The position numbers and the translations under genes are program-made. The notes beneath the pieces were generated by a model. The model was not told where the DNA came from. It worked only from the letters and a program-made list of their open reading frames with translations, and did no database searches. Positions 25,559 to 37,950 of a stretch of 64,000 bases of DNA are shown piece after piece; position 1 is the first letter of the stretch, and every line of letters begins with the position of its first letter. The stretch is from Eledone cirrhosa (lineage: Eukaryota), in contig OZ024746.1 in NCBI GenBank assembly GCA_964016885.1, positions 92,814,001-92,878,000 on the forward strand, read 5' to 3'.

Positions 25559-26480
25559 TTGGAAATGTCATTTCACAATGAAAATATTTCGTAAGATAAA
25601 TTTTCATACATACGTCATAAAGAAAACAAATTAATTTCTTTAAATTTATTTTACATACAAATATAAAAAGAAAACATAAAGACAGTAAAAAATACGATTT
25701 TCTTCAAATATCAAAATTATAAAAGAGAATTTTCATTGACCTTTTTTTCACACTAAAAAAAAAACCTGATGTGTTTCGTTTTATTTTGCAATTCGATACA
25801 ATCAAATTTTTATTATATCATATTTTATGAATCCTAAGAAAACAGAAAGAGGATAACTGCATAAATAATAATGAATATTTTTCTGGTATTTTGTAACAGA
25901 TTTCTGCTGGCGATCGTTTGTTATGCTACTGTTTATATGGTGGTAATGGCTTTAAATAGAATATGATGCAATGTTTACATAGTTTTTTAATAAATATATT
26001 CAAAGAAAAAAACTTAATTCTTCCTTTACAATTATGTATTTTTTATGTTTTTAAGGCGAATAAAATATTATTTGAATAAAATACACCAAAATATTTTAAA
26101 AAAACCTTTTACACCCGCAACATATGCGTGTATAAGAAAACAGTATACGTATTAAGAAGTAAGGAAGATAACTCTTGAAGAATTAATAGAACGCGATGTA
26201 TCCTCCGTCGGTTTGACGACGATTATTCAGTTATTCGATTTATTGAATGTCCGATTCGTGAAGTAGCATGTAAAATTGGTTGAGTATTCCACAGCCACAA
26301 ATGTTTTAAACGGAAATTCTCAGGCAGAATCAGTGTGACACAATGTGTGATAAGGCTCACCCATAATTGGTTGGATTTAGACCTTGGGGGCCCCCTCATA
26401 CACAAAGAATTAGAATAACAGACCCCCTCCCCAAATTTAACATCAAAAATATGGAAATCACCTTCTGTCAAGTTAAGTGA

Positions 26481-26700
26481 AGGCGCATGGCTTAGTGGTT
26501 AAAGCATTGGGCTTGCAATCGAAAGGTTGTGAGTTCAATTCTCAGACCGGGTGATGTGTTGTTTCCTTGAGCAAGACACTTTATTTCACGTTGCTCCAGT
26601 TTACTCAGCTGTAGAAATGAGATGATAGGACTGGGGTCCCTATCATTAAAATCACCCAAGACACCTCCAACGAGATATACATTGGAGGAGGCCAGCTAAA
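26481..26700 (+). mobile_element. tRNA-derived CORE-type SINE
   Basis: A box TGGCTTAGTGG, B-box-like GAGTTCAATTC and CORE-like CCTTGAGCAAGACACTT...CTCAGCTGTAGAAATG. Copies or relatives at 8950-9080(-), 10500-10660(-), 12175-12390(+), 22760-23010(-), 32860-33170(-) and 42690-42880(+). Confidence 0.8.
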
Positions 26701-26830
26701 CCTGCATAGGTGTCTGTCTGTCAAGTTAAGTAACACCATGTCATCTGCAAATCCTAGCCGATTGATTTTACACCTGCCAGTCATGATATCACTTCCAACC
26801 CAGCTGTGCATTTCAATCCTATTCATGATT
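26700..26830 (-). mobile_element. RTE RT fragment
   Basis: IMNRIEMHS...INRLGFADDMVLL contains the catalytic FADD motif. Confidence 0.6.
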
Positions 26831-26899
26831 GGCCCATACGCACCCTCCAAAACAAATCCCCTATAGTTAACGAAGGCATATCTATATGGTGTGGAGTAC

Positions 26900-28788
26900 T
26901 GTATATCCTAGATATGTAAGGAATATTTGTAAGTGTTCTGGAAGTATGTACACTCAAAGCAGACACCTTACTCTCCTGTTGGTCCTCTTCGCAATGCCCA
27001 CACAAGCCAGATTACTGACAACCTCAAGGAATGCTCAGAACTCATTACTGAATGCTATGCAGGCATTTTCACTGTTGAAGACCAAAGTGTACCATCTCCA
27101 CCACCTCTGACATCAGATTCTATTACAACTATGGAATTTACACCTGCAATGTTGCGACATCACCTTAAAAATAAACACAACCATGCCTCTCCTGGTCTTG
27201 ATGGTGTTACGTACCTGCTTCTTAAACGTGGTGGGTACTTCCTTCTGCACCAGCTATCATGCTTCTTTCAATTCTGTCTGAACAACGGTGCTACTCCAGA
27301 ACAGTGGAAAACTGCCAGTGTCATTCCTCTTTTCAAAAAGGGTAACCGCATATTATCTGTCAACTATCATCCAGTCAGTCTTACTAGCTGCATTGCCAAA
27401 CTGATGGAATCCTGTGTCAGAGAAACACTTTGGAATTTCTGGAACTCTCACAGTCTTATCCGGCCCTCGCAATTTGGATTTATCACTAACTCCAGCTGCT
27501 GTGATCAACTTATTGAGTTTCTTGAAGACATCACCTGGATCACTGATGGCGGCTCATGAGTGAATGTTGTTTACTTTGACTTTGCTAAAGCCACACAAAA
27601 GACTTATGGCAAAACTCTCTGCAATGGGTGTGAAGGATGATCTTTTTAACTGGTTGAAGTCCTTCATTCTCAGTCGAAAGTAGTCATGGTTCTTGGCCAG
27701 CATTCCTCATCATATGAGATGTCATCTGGTGTACCACAGGGATCTGTTCTTGGCCTCCTTTTGTTTGTGGCATATATTAGTGACAGAGATGCCAACTTAA
27801 AGAATGCCACAGTACTGAAATATGCAGATGACATCAAGCTATACCTTGAGATAAAAAGGACAGATCCTGAACACTATAGATCTTTCCTACAATCAGACCT
27901 GGACACAATGCAACAATAGATCACGGACCGGCAACTCAAGTTGGCTGTAGACAAGTGTACCACCATGCATTTTGGGAGTAAAAACGCAGCGTCCAGATAC
28001 TCCCTCCACAACACTAATATCAAGAAATCTTCTTGTGAACGTGACCTGGGCATTACTGTCAGTAGCGATTTGCATTGGACAAAGCACGTCTCTAAAATTG
28101 TCAAGAAGGCCGAGGGTGTCTTAGCATCACTCAGCAAGACCTTTGTCAGCCTCTCTCCAGCTATCAATTTGAAGCTCTATATAGCTATGGTACGGCCACA
28201 CTTAGAATTTGCATCACCAGTCTGGAACCCCTATGATGGTCAGAATAATGACTGCCTGGAAACTGTTCAGAGACATGCAACCAAGCGAATATCCTCCATC
28301 AGGCATCTACGCCTTGCTTCCCTGGGCATGGATACATTGAAGCTCTGATCTCTGAGAACTGACTTGGTAAACACCCACAAAATCATTAACCATCTTGCCA
28401 ACAACAACCCCGAGCACCTTTTTGATTTCCATGTGTCTAACACATGTGGGCATGCCTACAAAGTCAGAAAACATCACAGCTCCCATGACTTTCGGAAACA
28501 TTTTTTCACGCTCACAGTTGCTGAAGCATGGAACAAACTATCTGCATCAGGTGTTAGCTGTCAAGACACTGCATCCTTTAAAACCTCCATGCTTCCTGAG
28601 ATTCCCCAACACTACACGTGATGTGTCCCCCCTCCATACACACACACACATGTATTTCATGACCCATACACTGTTCATTTTCCTGACATTTGTACATTAT
28701 TCTATGTACTATACATGCACCTTTGATGAGTTGTAGTGCACCTGAGCACTGTACACAATAATTTCATTATTATCATTATTATTATTTA
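26900..28788 (+). mobile_element. CR1-like LINE, 5'-truncated ORF2 with stops and frameshifts
   Basis: SPGLDG, WKTASVIPLFKKG, NYHPVSLTS, SQFGF, GVPQGSVLG, KYADD, RPHLEFASPVWNP; (ATT)n tail; a tail-only copy lies at 23170-23295(-). Confidence 0.9.
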
Positions 28789-29173
28789 TAGAGCAAAGGA
28801 ATTTGTGCTATGTTCAAATAAACAGTTGTATAGGATTACAAGATTACAGCATCCTGCCATTGTAAAATAGTCTTAACTGTATATTGGTCAGTGGTTCCCG
28901 AACCTTTTTTGTTGCAGAATCCTTACAGGAACCTACATTTTCTGGACAATCCACACCACTAAATGGCACAAAAATTGTTTTAGAGAGTACATTCACCATT
29001 TTACTCTTATTTTCCATGCCGGCATGTGTTGGACAGGAACAAGAGGGGTCAGATAACTCTGTATTGCTCATACATTCTGTACTTTGGCATGGTTTCTACA
29101 GCTGGGTGACATTTGTAATGCCAACCACTTCTTTTTAGATATATGTATGTGTGTGTATATATATATATATATA

Positions 29174-29490
29174 CATTGGCCTTGCAATCGAAAGGTTGTG
29201 AGTTCAATTCTCAGACCGGGTGATGTGTTGTTTCCTTGAGCAAGACACTTTATTTCACATTGCTCTAGTTTACTCAGCTGTAGAAATGAGATGATAGGAC
29301 TGGGGTTCATATCATTCCACTGCAAAGTGGTCGTGGAGGTGCCACGGCAAAAAAGCACCCAGCACTCACTGTAAATGAGTTTGGTGTTAGGAAGGGCATC
29401 CAGCTGTAGAAATCAAGCTAGAATCAGTTTCCGTTCCACCCTTGCAAGCAGGCAAAAGCGGACGTAAAATGATGATGATGATGATGATAT
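29174..29490 (+). mobile_element. Composite SINE: tRNA head + CORE + RTE family B 3' tail
   Basis: Head nearly identical to the 26481 SINE; tail cactgtaaatg..ggtgttaggaagggcatccagctgtagaaa...cggacgtaaaatgatgatg matches the LINE 3' UTR at 57880-58040. Confidence 0.85.
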
Positions 29491-29504
29491 ATATATATAT
29501 ATAT

Positions 29505-29695
29505 CATCATCATCAGGTCGAGCTTGTTCGGCTTTCTACGACACGTTTCCTCCATCCATCTCTGTCTCTCATAGCGTTTGCCAGTTCTTCCACAGTGTAT
29601 CCAGTATCGTCCTCAAGTTGCTTGACGTATGTCTTCTTGGGACGACCAGCGTTTCTTGCTCCATGAGATGGACTCCATAACAACACATCACCTGC
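29505..29695 (-). mobile_element. RTE 3' terminal fragment (family C-like)
   Basis: Minus frame DVLLWSPSHGARNAGRPKKTYVKQLEDDTG...MRDRDGWRKRV, followed by a (TGA)n tail. Confidence 0.75.
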
Positions 29696-29742
29696 TAATA
29701 TATATATATATATATATATTTATTTATTTTTTTTTTTTTTTT

Positions 29743-30003
29743 CATTTTACATCCGCTTTTCCCTGCTTGCAAGGTGGGACGGGAACTCATACTGGCTTGA
29801 TTTCTACAGCTGAATGCCCTTCTTAACACCAACCTCATTTACAGTGTGGGCTGGGTGCTTTTTTGCCGTGGCACCTCCACGACCGCTTTGCAGTGGAATG
29901 ATAGGGATCCCAGTCCCTATCATCTCATTTCTACAGCTGAGTAAACTGGAGCAATGTGAAATAAAGTGTCTTGCTCAAGGAAACAACACATCACCTGGTC
30001 TGA

Positions 30004-30007
<4 letters not shown>
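29743..30007 (-). mobile_element. Composite SINE copy, inverted relative to 29174-29490
   Basis: Reverse complement of the CORE and RTE-tail segments. Confidence 0.85.
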
Positions 30008-30041
<34 letters not shown>

Positions 30042-30839
30042 CTTCAAAATATTAATAAATATAGACATTCATGTGATCAAATATATTTTATTATACATAT
30101 TTCAGAGGTACTGAGCTATTTCATCAGTAAGTCCTCATCAGATAAAATAAATTGATATCTGACATACCTCAACTGTGCTGATGGTTCAATTCCAGTCTTG
30201 GAAGTGATTAGTTATGACAAAACTCAATATTTATATACCATAAGTTGTAACATGAAAAACTACATATAATAAAGAGGGTACATAGGAAAATGTGTATAAA
30301 AATATATAATAATAAATATATATAAAGGCAAGTAATAAATATAAACATAAAACTACATAACCATTAAAAATTTAAATAATAAAATATGTATACCTCCGTA
30401 TTATAGAAGAAGCGAATGAGAGAGTGAGAGAGCTAACAGGAGGAGAGAGAGAAAAGGAAAGAGAGATGATAGTAAAAATAAAGAAAGGGAGATATGTATG
30501 GTAACATATAATTACTTAAGGAGAAGGAGAATCAAGGTATATGATGCATGACCGTTTTTTTTACAAATATTAAGTTAATTAGAAATAATCAATTAATTAA
30601 ATAACTTGAGATTTTTAGACTATAATATTTGAAAGAACCTATATTATCGTATTATATCAAAATTAAAACAAATATAAAGTGAAAAAGATAATTTAACATA
30701 ACTCCAAGGGTAATCAAGAGTATATTTAAATTATTAAATATAGTCAATAATTTAGTTAGAAATATTAAAATTGGAATACTTGGTATTTTACAATGAGCTA
30801 TTTTTATACTTTTAATTTGGTAATATTTATTATTACCCA

Positions 30840-30882
<43 letters not shown>

Positions 30883-31002
30883 GTGGGTAATAATAAATAT
30901 TACCCAATTAAAAGTATGAAAATACCTCATTGTAAAATACCAAGTATACTACAGAGCTGAAATACAATATAAATGACAATCAAAGAGTGTTTAAAACATT
31001 TA

Positions 31003-31050
31003 ATCATTACGATTGTTTCATCCAAGCGCAAGGCTGGATTCATCAGAGTA
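31003..31050 (-). ncRNA. Degenerate hammerhead core in a Penelope-like pLTR remnant
   Basis: Minus strand CTGATGA-ATCCAGCcttgcGCTTGGAT-GAAACAATCGTA; the inverted sister at 31620 reads GAAACGATCGTA (palindromic stem III). Confidence 0.55.
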
Positions 31051-31926
31051 TATAGTAAAGGTCAAAACACAGATATAATATCAGAAGTTTGTCACAAGAA
31101 CATTAGGAAGATACATAATACGGGAGGCTAGATAAGCATAAGTATCAACGTTTATATAAGATATAAGATAACAGAGGTGGAAGAGGCATAGGGAGAATAG
31201 GAGCATATAAATGCAATAAAAATTAGGAGCAGATAAAAACATTAAAAATTAAAAAAATTAAAAAACATGCTGTTACAGAAGACTTGCAGAAGACCCACTA
31301 CAGAAAGGTTAAGTACAGTGAAAAACATATATCATAAGCAGTAAAGAAAATTAATAAGGTTAATAAGAGGAGGCATGCAATTCAAATTTGAAACATACAT
31401 TTCCAAAAAAATATTTTTAATTATGCATTTAAAAAAATTTTGACTATGTAATTCAGTCATAATAATAATAACAATTGTTTTTTCCAAAAGAATTAATGTT
31501 GAGTAAATAGAATCATCAAAGTGAAAAATCAAATATATATTGAAGTGTTATCAAGACACCCCATACAAAAGAATCACATTTTATTACTTACACTCGTTAC
31601 ATCCTAGACTTGTACTAGGATGAAACGATCGTAAGTGATCAAATGTTTTAAACACTCTTTGATTGTCATTTATATTGTGTATATATATATATATATATAG
31701 GCTGGTGTCCAATGTGGTCAGATGGGGGTTAGTAGTAAGCGACTCACTCAATAAACAGTGCAACCCCTGCCCACAAAACAAACTAACAAGACAGAGTAGT
31801 CACTCAAAGGGAATCCGCCAAAATAACAACAAGGCATTCAATTACTTCGAGTCAAAAACAAAAAAATATTTTTTCACTCTTGCTTTTTTTTTCATTCTCT
31901 GTTTCTTCCTAACTATTATGCAATAT

Positions 31927-31984
31927 ACACCTGATGATGTCGCTAGGTTCATACGTAACCTGGCCACTGAAATGTGTATAGTGT
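31927..31984 (+). ncRNA. Minimal type I hammerhead ribozyme-like motif followed by AATAAA
   Basis: ACAC-CTGATGA-tgtcgctAGGTTcatacgtAACCTggccact-GAAA-TGTGTA-TA-GTGT; stem I ACAC/GTGT; AATAAA at ~31992. Confidence 0.6.
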
Positions 31985-32072
31985 TTGTAGTAATAAAAAT
32001 GTAAAGGAATACCTGTCCAGCCTCCTATCATTTTACCCTATAATATATATGTGTATATAGAGAGAGATAGAC

Positions 32073-32109
<37 letters not shown>

Positions 32110-34299
32110 TACCAAACACTGTGTCTCTTGAATTCTGATTATATTAACATTATGCTTCATAATTTGTTTATATATGGCATTAGCCACAAAAGCTGTTATA
32201 TACCGTCTTTCTTACGTCCACCCATCTTATTCCTGACTATAGGATAGAGAGGGCCATTCAGTTGAGTCAATGACCAACAAGCTCACTAGTGCAGAGGCCA
32301 TGATAAAACAATCCCAGTACACTCCACAAAGTGGATGATCAAAAAGAGTTGAGAAGACTCTTCGGTTGTGTCAAAAATATGACATTCTTCCTTATGCTGG
32401 TGCCATGATAAAATGCACTCTGCAAAGTACAGGAACATGCAGTCCCCAGGCCATCAGAGTAGTCAGTAGCTCTGATTAAGTACTGACTTGGTATATAATA
32501 ATCCATCTAACATTAGCAAGCAGGGAAAAGGGGCATCAAATAATGATGAGGAGGAGATATATATACATATCATCATCATCACCGTTTAATGTCCATTTTT
32601 CCATGCTAGCATTGGTTAGATGAGTTGTCCTGTTGTGAGAAATGCCAAGTCAGGTGACCATGTCTTGCTCATACAGAACTGATTTTGGCTTGGTTTCTAC
32701 AGCTGGATGCCCTTCCTAATGCCAACCACATTTACAGTGAGTGCTGGGTACTTTTTGTCGTGACACCTACATGACCACTTTACAGTGTGGACTGGATCCT
32801 TTTTGTTGTGTTGTCATCACAACCATTTACAATATATACATATACATATATATAGAACTGACTGGCACTCCTTCAGTTATGATGACAAGTGTTCCAGTTG
32901 ATCTGATCAATGGAAAAGCCTGCTTGTTAAATTAATGTGCAAGTTGCTGAGCATTCCACAGACATGGGTACCCTTAATGTAGTTCTCAGGGAGACTAATC
33001 ATGATACAGAATATGACATGGCTGGCCCTTCGCATTACAGGTACAGTCACTTTTGCTAGCTGAGCTGACTGGAGCAATGTGAAATAAAATGTCTTGCGCT
33101 GCCGGGAATCAAACCCACGACCTTATGACTGTGAGCTGAATACCCTTATCATAAAGCCATGTGCCTTCATATACATATATATATATATGTGTGTATATAT
33201 ATGTATGTATGTATATATATTTTGTTGCATTGTCTGAGATGACATCACATTTATATATGATGTTGTTATAAATATATATATATATATTGTGTTTTAGCAT
33301 CTCTGTGTTTGTATTGTTTACTCTTGGACTATATATAGAGAGAGATGTGTGAAACATTTGTACATAGTAATATTGTTATTGTCTGTGAAACAATGGCTAG
33401 TTTCTTATTGTATACATTGGCATATTAATACGCAACTAATTTTAGCACAAAATTCCTGCCAAATAACCAAACATAGCATGAGGTCACCCTTGCCTATATA
33501 AGGAAGAGCAGACATCTGCAGCTCTCTTGGTTCTTACTCAACCACAACGCTAGTTAGTTAGCAGATTGCTATCTTTCTCTGGTCATTTTTGGCCCGTGAG
33601 GCAAAAACACCTGGCAATTTGTATTCGCATTCTCTCTCAAAATTCTTTGCTCACATATTAAGCATCTCTCTCTCTCTCTCTGTCTGTTATATTTCCATTA
33701 CTCTTTACACATACCATCACAATTAACACAATTTATCTGTTCAAATTTTCATACAATTCATCTGCATACAACCATTCTGTAGTTCATAATTTTTGCTTCA
33801 ATTTGTCATGATTCTCTTATTGTTAACCTTCTGGTTTTCCACAATATTTCACGAAATAAAACTTTATTTTAGACAATAGATGCATTCATTTTTTCTGTTC
33901 TCATCAGTCAACCTATTTGTCAAAACATAAATAGAGGCATGTATTTATGAAATGACGTTTTGCCAAAGACCTTTTCATGTTCTACACAACCTGTACCACA
34001 CAGCCTCAACTGCACATCAACTCCTCACAATAACCCATATTGAAGCTCTCATACACTCAATATTACATTTGTTCATTGCCACTTCATATATATCATAGAT
34101 ATACATATGTGTGTGTGTGTGTCCCAGGTTCAATCGGTGGTAACCACAGTAAGTAAGGTACTCAATTCATAGCAAAGTTTAAATTTTTAATATAGAAATG
34201 GCTTCTACAGAAAGCTGATGATTTCCTTCAAATGAAACAGTTCTAGTCCTGTAGAAGCCATTTATTTATTATATATATATATATATATATATCACATTG

Positions 34300-35790
34300 A
34301 CAGTCAGCTTTGACGGGGCAAAAAACCACACTGTTCATCAGCCAGCTTGGACTCGACAATCTCCCTGCATCTCTTTGCCAGGTACTTAGCATAGATTTTT
34401 CCGGGGAGGCTTAACAAAGAGATCCCTCTGTAATTGGAACAATCTCTCTTACATCCATTTTTGAAAATAGGGATTATCACTCCAGATTGCCATTGCTTAG
34501 GTGCCTTTCCAGAGATCTAGGCCACCCGGCACACATGAGTCAGCCAGAGAATAGCTTGTCTATTTTAACATCTTGGGCTATATTTCCTCTTCCCCAGCAG
34601 CCTTGCCACATTTGAGCTCTTTAACTGCTCTTGTGACTTCAGCCTCTGAGAGATTTGTCACTGCTCCTAGATGTACCTCATATACATCAGATGATGTTGT
34701 GAATGGGTTTAGGGGATCAGCATAGTACTCTCTTGACCTCATGAGGATGCACCTCTCTGAAGAGAGGAGAAACCCAGATGTGTTACTGATAGCAGGTATG
34801 TAGGAGGACTTTTATTACCAAGTTGGCTGATGGTCTGCTAGAACACTTTATTTGCTGATCTGAAATCAGATTCCAGCTTAACCCTAAAGTCCTCCCATCT
34901 CTTAACTTTGGATGACATTACTGCTAGTAATACAAGTGAAAGAAGGAGATATTATTTCCAAGCCAAGCTTTGTAGGCCCCCTTCTTTGCTCAGATGACAT
35001 CTTTATTGAACCAGGTGCCACACCAAGCCTCTTTCGCCCACAGCATTTAACAGCTGAAGCAGAAACTGCTGAGCTGAACAATTTCCACTGTCTCAATGTC
35101 CTCAGTTTACTCAGGGAGTTCTCTGAATTTGGATGCAATAGTATCTGCATAACTGGTCCTGACTTCCTTATCCACCAACCTTTCCACTTTATCCTGTAGG
35201 TCGCCCTCGACCTGCCAGTTTTGTGGGCTTCTTCGGCTTTAGGTAGTCTCAAGTTGCAGATAACTAGGTGGTGATCAGTTGACAGCTCAGCCCCTCTCTC
35301 AACATGAACATCCAGCACAGATTTGAAGAGATCAGAGACAATAACAAAATCAATTATTGATCCCTGTCCCTGATGCTCCTTATACCATGTATATATATGA
35401 ATGTTTCTGTGCTGGAAGAGGTGTTCATAATAGAGAGTCCATTGCTACAACAGAAGTCTAAGGCCTTTCCATTCATACTATCGGGGTAACCATTCCTTCC
35501 AGTCACTCAATCCATTTCAGGTCGTCAGTGCCAACATATGCATTGAAGTGAAGTCTCCTATCAGGATATATGATGCAGTCTTAACTACATCTAATGTTGC
35601 TGTGACTTCATCCAAGAAGGACCTGTATTTGGACTCTTTGTTTCGTGCATAAACTTGCACCACCCACAGAGACCTATCTTTCAGCCTCTAACCCTAACCC
35701 TAACCCTAACCCTAACGGGATCCAGTCCACATCCTGACAGCTGGTGGCTTGTGAGTATCCCCACACCAGCCTATGCCGTCATTTCTGGCA
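34300..35790 (-). mobile_element. RTE (family A-like) endonuclease-to-RT fragment, decayed
   Basis: GVGILT, VVQVYA, LIDFVIVS, RGAELSTDHHLVICNL, WQSGVIIPIFK and NYRGISLLSLPGKIYAK read on the minus strand. Confidence 0.85.
35688..35716 (-). repeat. Interstitial telomeric repeat (TTAGGG)x~5
   Basis: CTAACCCTAACCCTAACCCTAACCCTAAC embedded in the LINE endonuclease coding region. Confidence 0.85.
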
Positions 35791-36904
35791 GAATAAACAT
35801 TTGAAAGCTAAAATTCATAGCTAAAGACTTTCAAATGTTTATTCATAATCATACCTAACCCACACTGTAAAATGGTCGTATAGGTGTCACGACAAAAATC
35901 ACCCAGCCCTCACTGTAAAGTGCTAGTGTAGGTGACAACAAAAAGCACCCAGTACACACTGTAAATATGGTTGGTGTTCGGAAGGGCATCTAACTGTAGA
36001 AACCAAGCCAAAATCAGTTCTGTATGAGCAAGACATGGTCATCTGATCTGACTTGTCTGACAACAGGACAGCTCGTCTAACCCATGCTAGCATGGAAAAT
36101 AGACGTTAAACAATGATGATGATGATGATGATGATATATATATATTGTGTGCATATGTGCGTGTGTGTACACAAATAATAAATCTCTTTTGTATTCCTTT
36201 GCAGACAACTTAGAAACGATTTTTCTTCTTCTTCTTCTTCTTCTTCTTCTTCTTCTTCTTCTTCCTAAGAGGTTCGTGGGGGCAGAGTCCTCAAAAACCC
36301 CAGTGGATCCTGTCACAAGCAAACGTCTCCAACTAATCCAGCAGCATCTCCAAGCGAGACCAGTCAAGCTCATGGATGTTATCCAACCATCTTGCTCGGG
36401 GTCTACCGCTGGGTCTCCTGCCGGTTGGTTTTGCCCGTAAAATCTATCCAGCGATCTTTTCTGGGACATTCTAACCACATGCCCATCGTCTATGCACTGT
36501 AATAAAGATTTCTAATAATGAAATAATATTTAAACCCCATTTCTGATTATTAACAAACGAAAGAAATTTAGAAAAAGAAAATCCCGAAATCTTCAAGGGA
36601 GGTAACTTTAAATGACTAACGTGACTATATTATGAGAGAAAGGAAAAAAAAGAGATATAAAGCGCGTAGGTTAGAGAGTAATAGAATGAGTAATATAGTG
36701 AGGGAGAAGGAGTGACAGACAGCGAGTGATTGTTTATGCAAGGTCAGGCAACATCAGCAGTAGTAGTAGTAGTAGTAACAGTAGCAGCAGCGACTATTTT
36801 ATATGCTTTGTATAAAACCAAACATAAGGTGTAGAAGCAGTTTACTAGCTTGCAGTGAAAGCAACAACACTTTCTCTCTACCTTTCTCTGAGGTGAAGGC
36901 TATC

Positions 36905-36945
36905 AGCCCAATAGACCAGCTTCTCTTCTCACGGTATTTAAACTT
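36905..36945 (+). promoter_or_regulatory. Possible core promoter of the PPP1R14-like gene (CCAAT plus TATTTAAA)
   Basis: CCAAT at 36908 and TATTTAAA at 36935, in non-repetitive DNA ~740 bp upstream of the ATG; motif match only. Confidence 0.2.
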
Positions 36946-37674
36946 AGCTTACCGAACACTTTCATATGGACTAATTGTTGCCGATGCTGCATGACGACTA
37001 GCACCAGATTCTTTTCATTGAGGATTTTACTTTAAGTTATTGTATAAATATATATTAATAAGCATTCACTTGTGAATCTGTGATACTACTTTAGCATACG
37101 AGAGTAGTGGAAACTGGCTCTCACATATTGTTGCTCCTAGTAAGTAGGCATCTTTGCTAATGCCTACTACATCAATTTTGTTATAATTACTCCTAACTAT
37201 ATTTATAATATACACACACATGCATACTTCAAAAAACGAATATCAGTTGTTATTTGACAAATATCAAATAATATAATAATATTTAACAAAAATGTGCTTG
37301 GTATAACAAACACTCTTGTGGATCATTATTATTATTGTTGTTGTTATTATTATTACTATTAGTGCACTTGCCGAGAGTTACATGGACACGTGTCCAAATT
37401 CTCTGCCCCATCTGGAAGTTAAATTCGTTATTAATTTCAAAGTTGGTTTAGCGGATAAAGTTAACTTTTTGCTTCAACAGTCCGGACGGCATAGGAAGAA
37501 ATCGTAAAGCCGGAGAGAGAAAGATATAAAATATATAACAGTTAGTCCATTGCTACCAACATCTTATTACACTATAACTGGAGTTGCTATTTATTGTTTA
37601 ATAACAAATTGAATATCCATATTTTGGAGTGTAAATTGGTTCCTCCTTGAGTTGGGACCCCCTCTTGTCTAAGA

Positions 37675-37950
37675 ATGGCGACCACAACATACTCTTTGGA
37701 CAAAGTAGCCGCTGGTAACAGCAATTCTAGTAGTTCCCAGCATCGTTCCACTGCACCACGCTCAGCCACGTCCCCATCATCAGCTCATAACCGATCGGTA
37801 AATTTCAACACACAGCGAGAGGCGATTAAAGAACAAAAAAAGAAATACTTGACCGCCAAGTATGGTCAGCATCAAATGTCTTTGATTAGGAAACGTTTAA
37901 AAGTCGAAGATTGGCTTGACGAAAGGCTACGGTTCTTGTACGGTTGTAAG
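37675..37950 (+). CDS. PPP1R14: First coding exon of a protein phosphatase 1 regulatory subunit 14 (CPI-17/PHI-1 family) inhibitor
   Basis: KYLTAKYGQHQMSLIRKRLKVEDWLDERLRFLYGC aligns by eye with the PPP1R14 motif RVTVKYDRxELxxRLxxExWIxxxLxxLY, including the phospho-Thr; AG|GTAAAA donor at 37951 (phase 0). No downstream exons were found in this window. Confidence 0.85.

Noticed and set aside
26481-26555. tRNA gene
   Set aside because: A and B boxes are present but there is no complete cloverleaf; the sequence continues into a CORE domain and is multi-copy, so it is a SINE head.
28889-28930. hAT left end CAGTGGTTCCC pairing with the 7928 right end
   Set aside because: Wrong order and orientation for one element and no matching TSD; at most a separate small fragment.
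33346-33874. Possible solo LTR (TG start, TATATAAG, AATAAA, CA end)
   Set aside because: No second copy, PBS/PPT or convincing target duplication is visible.
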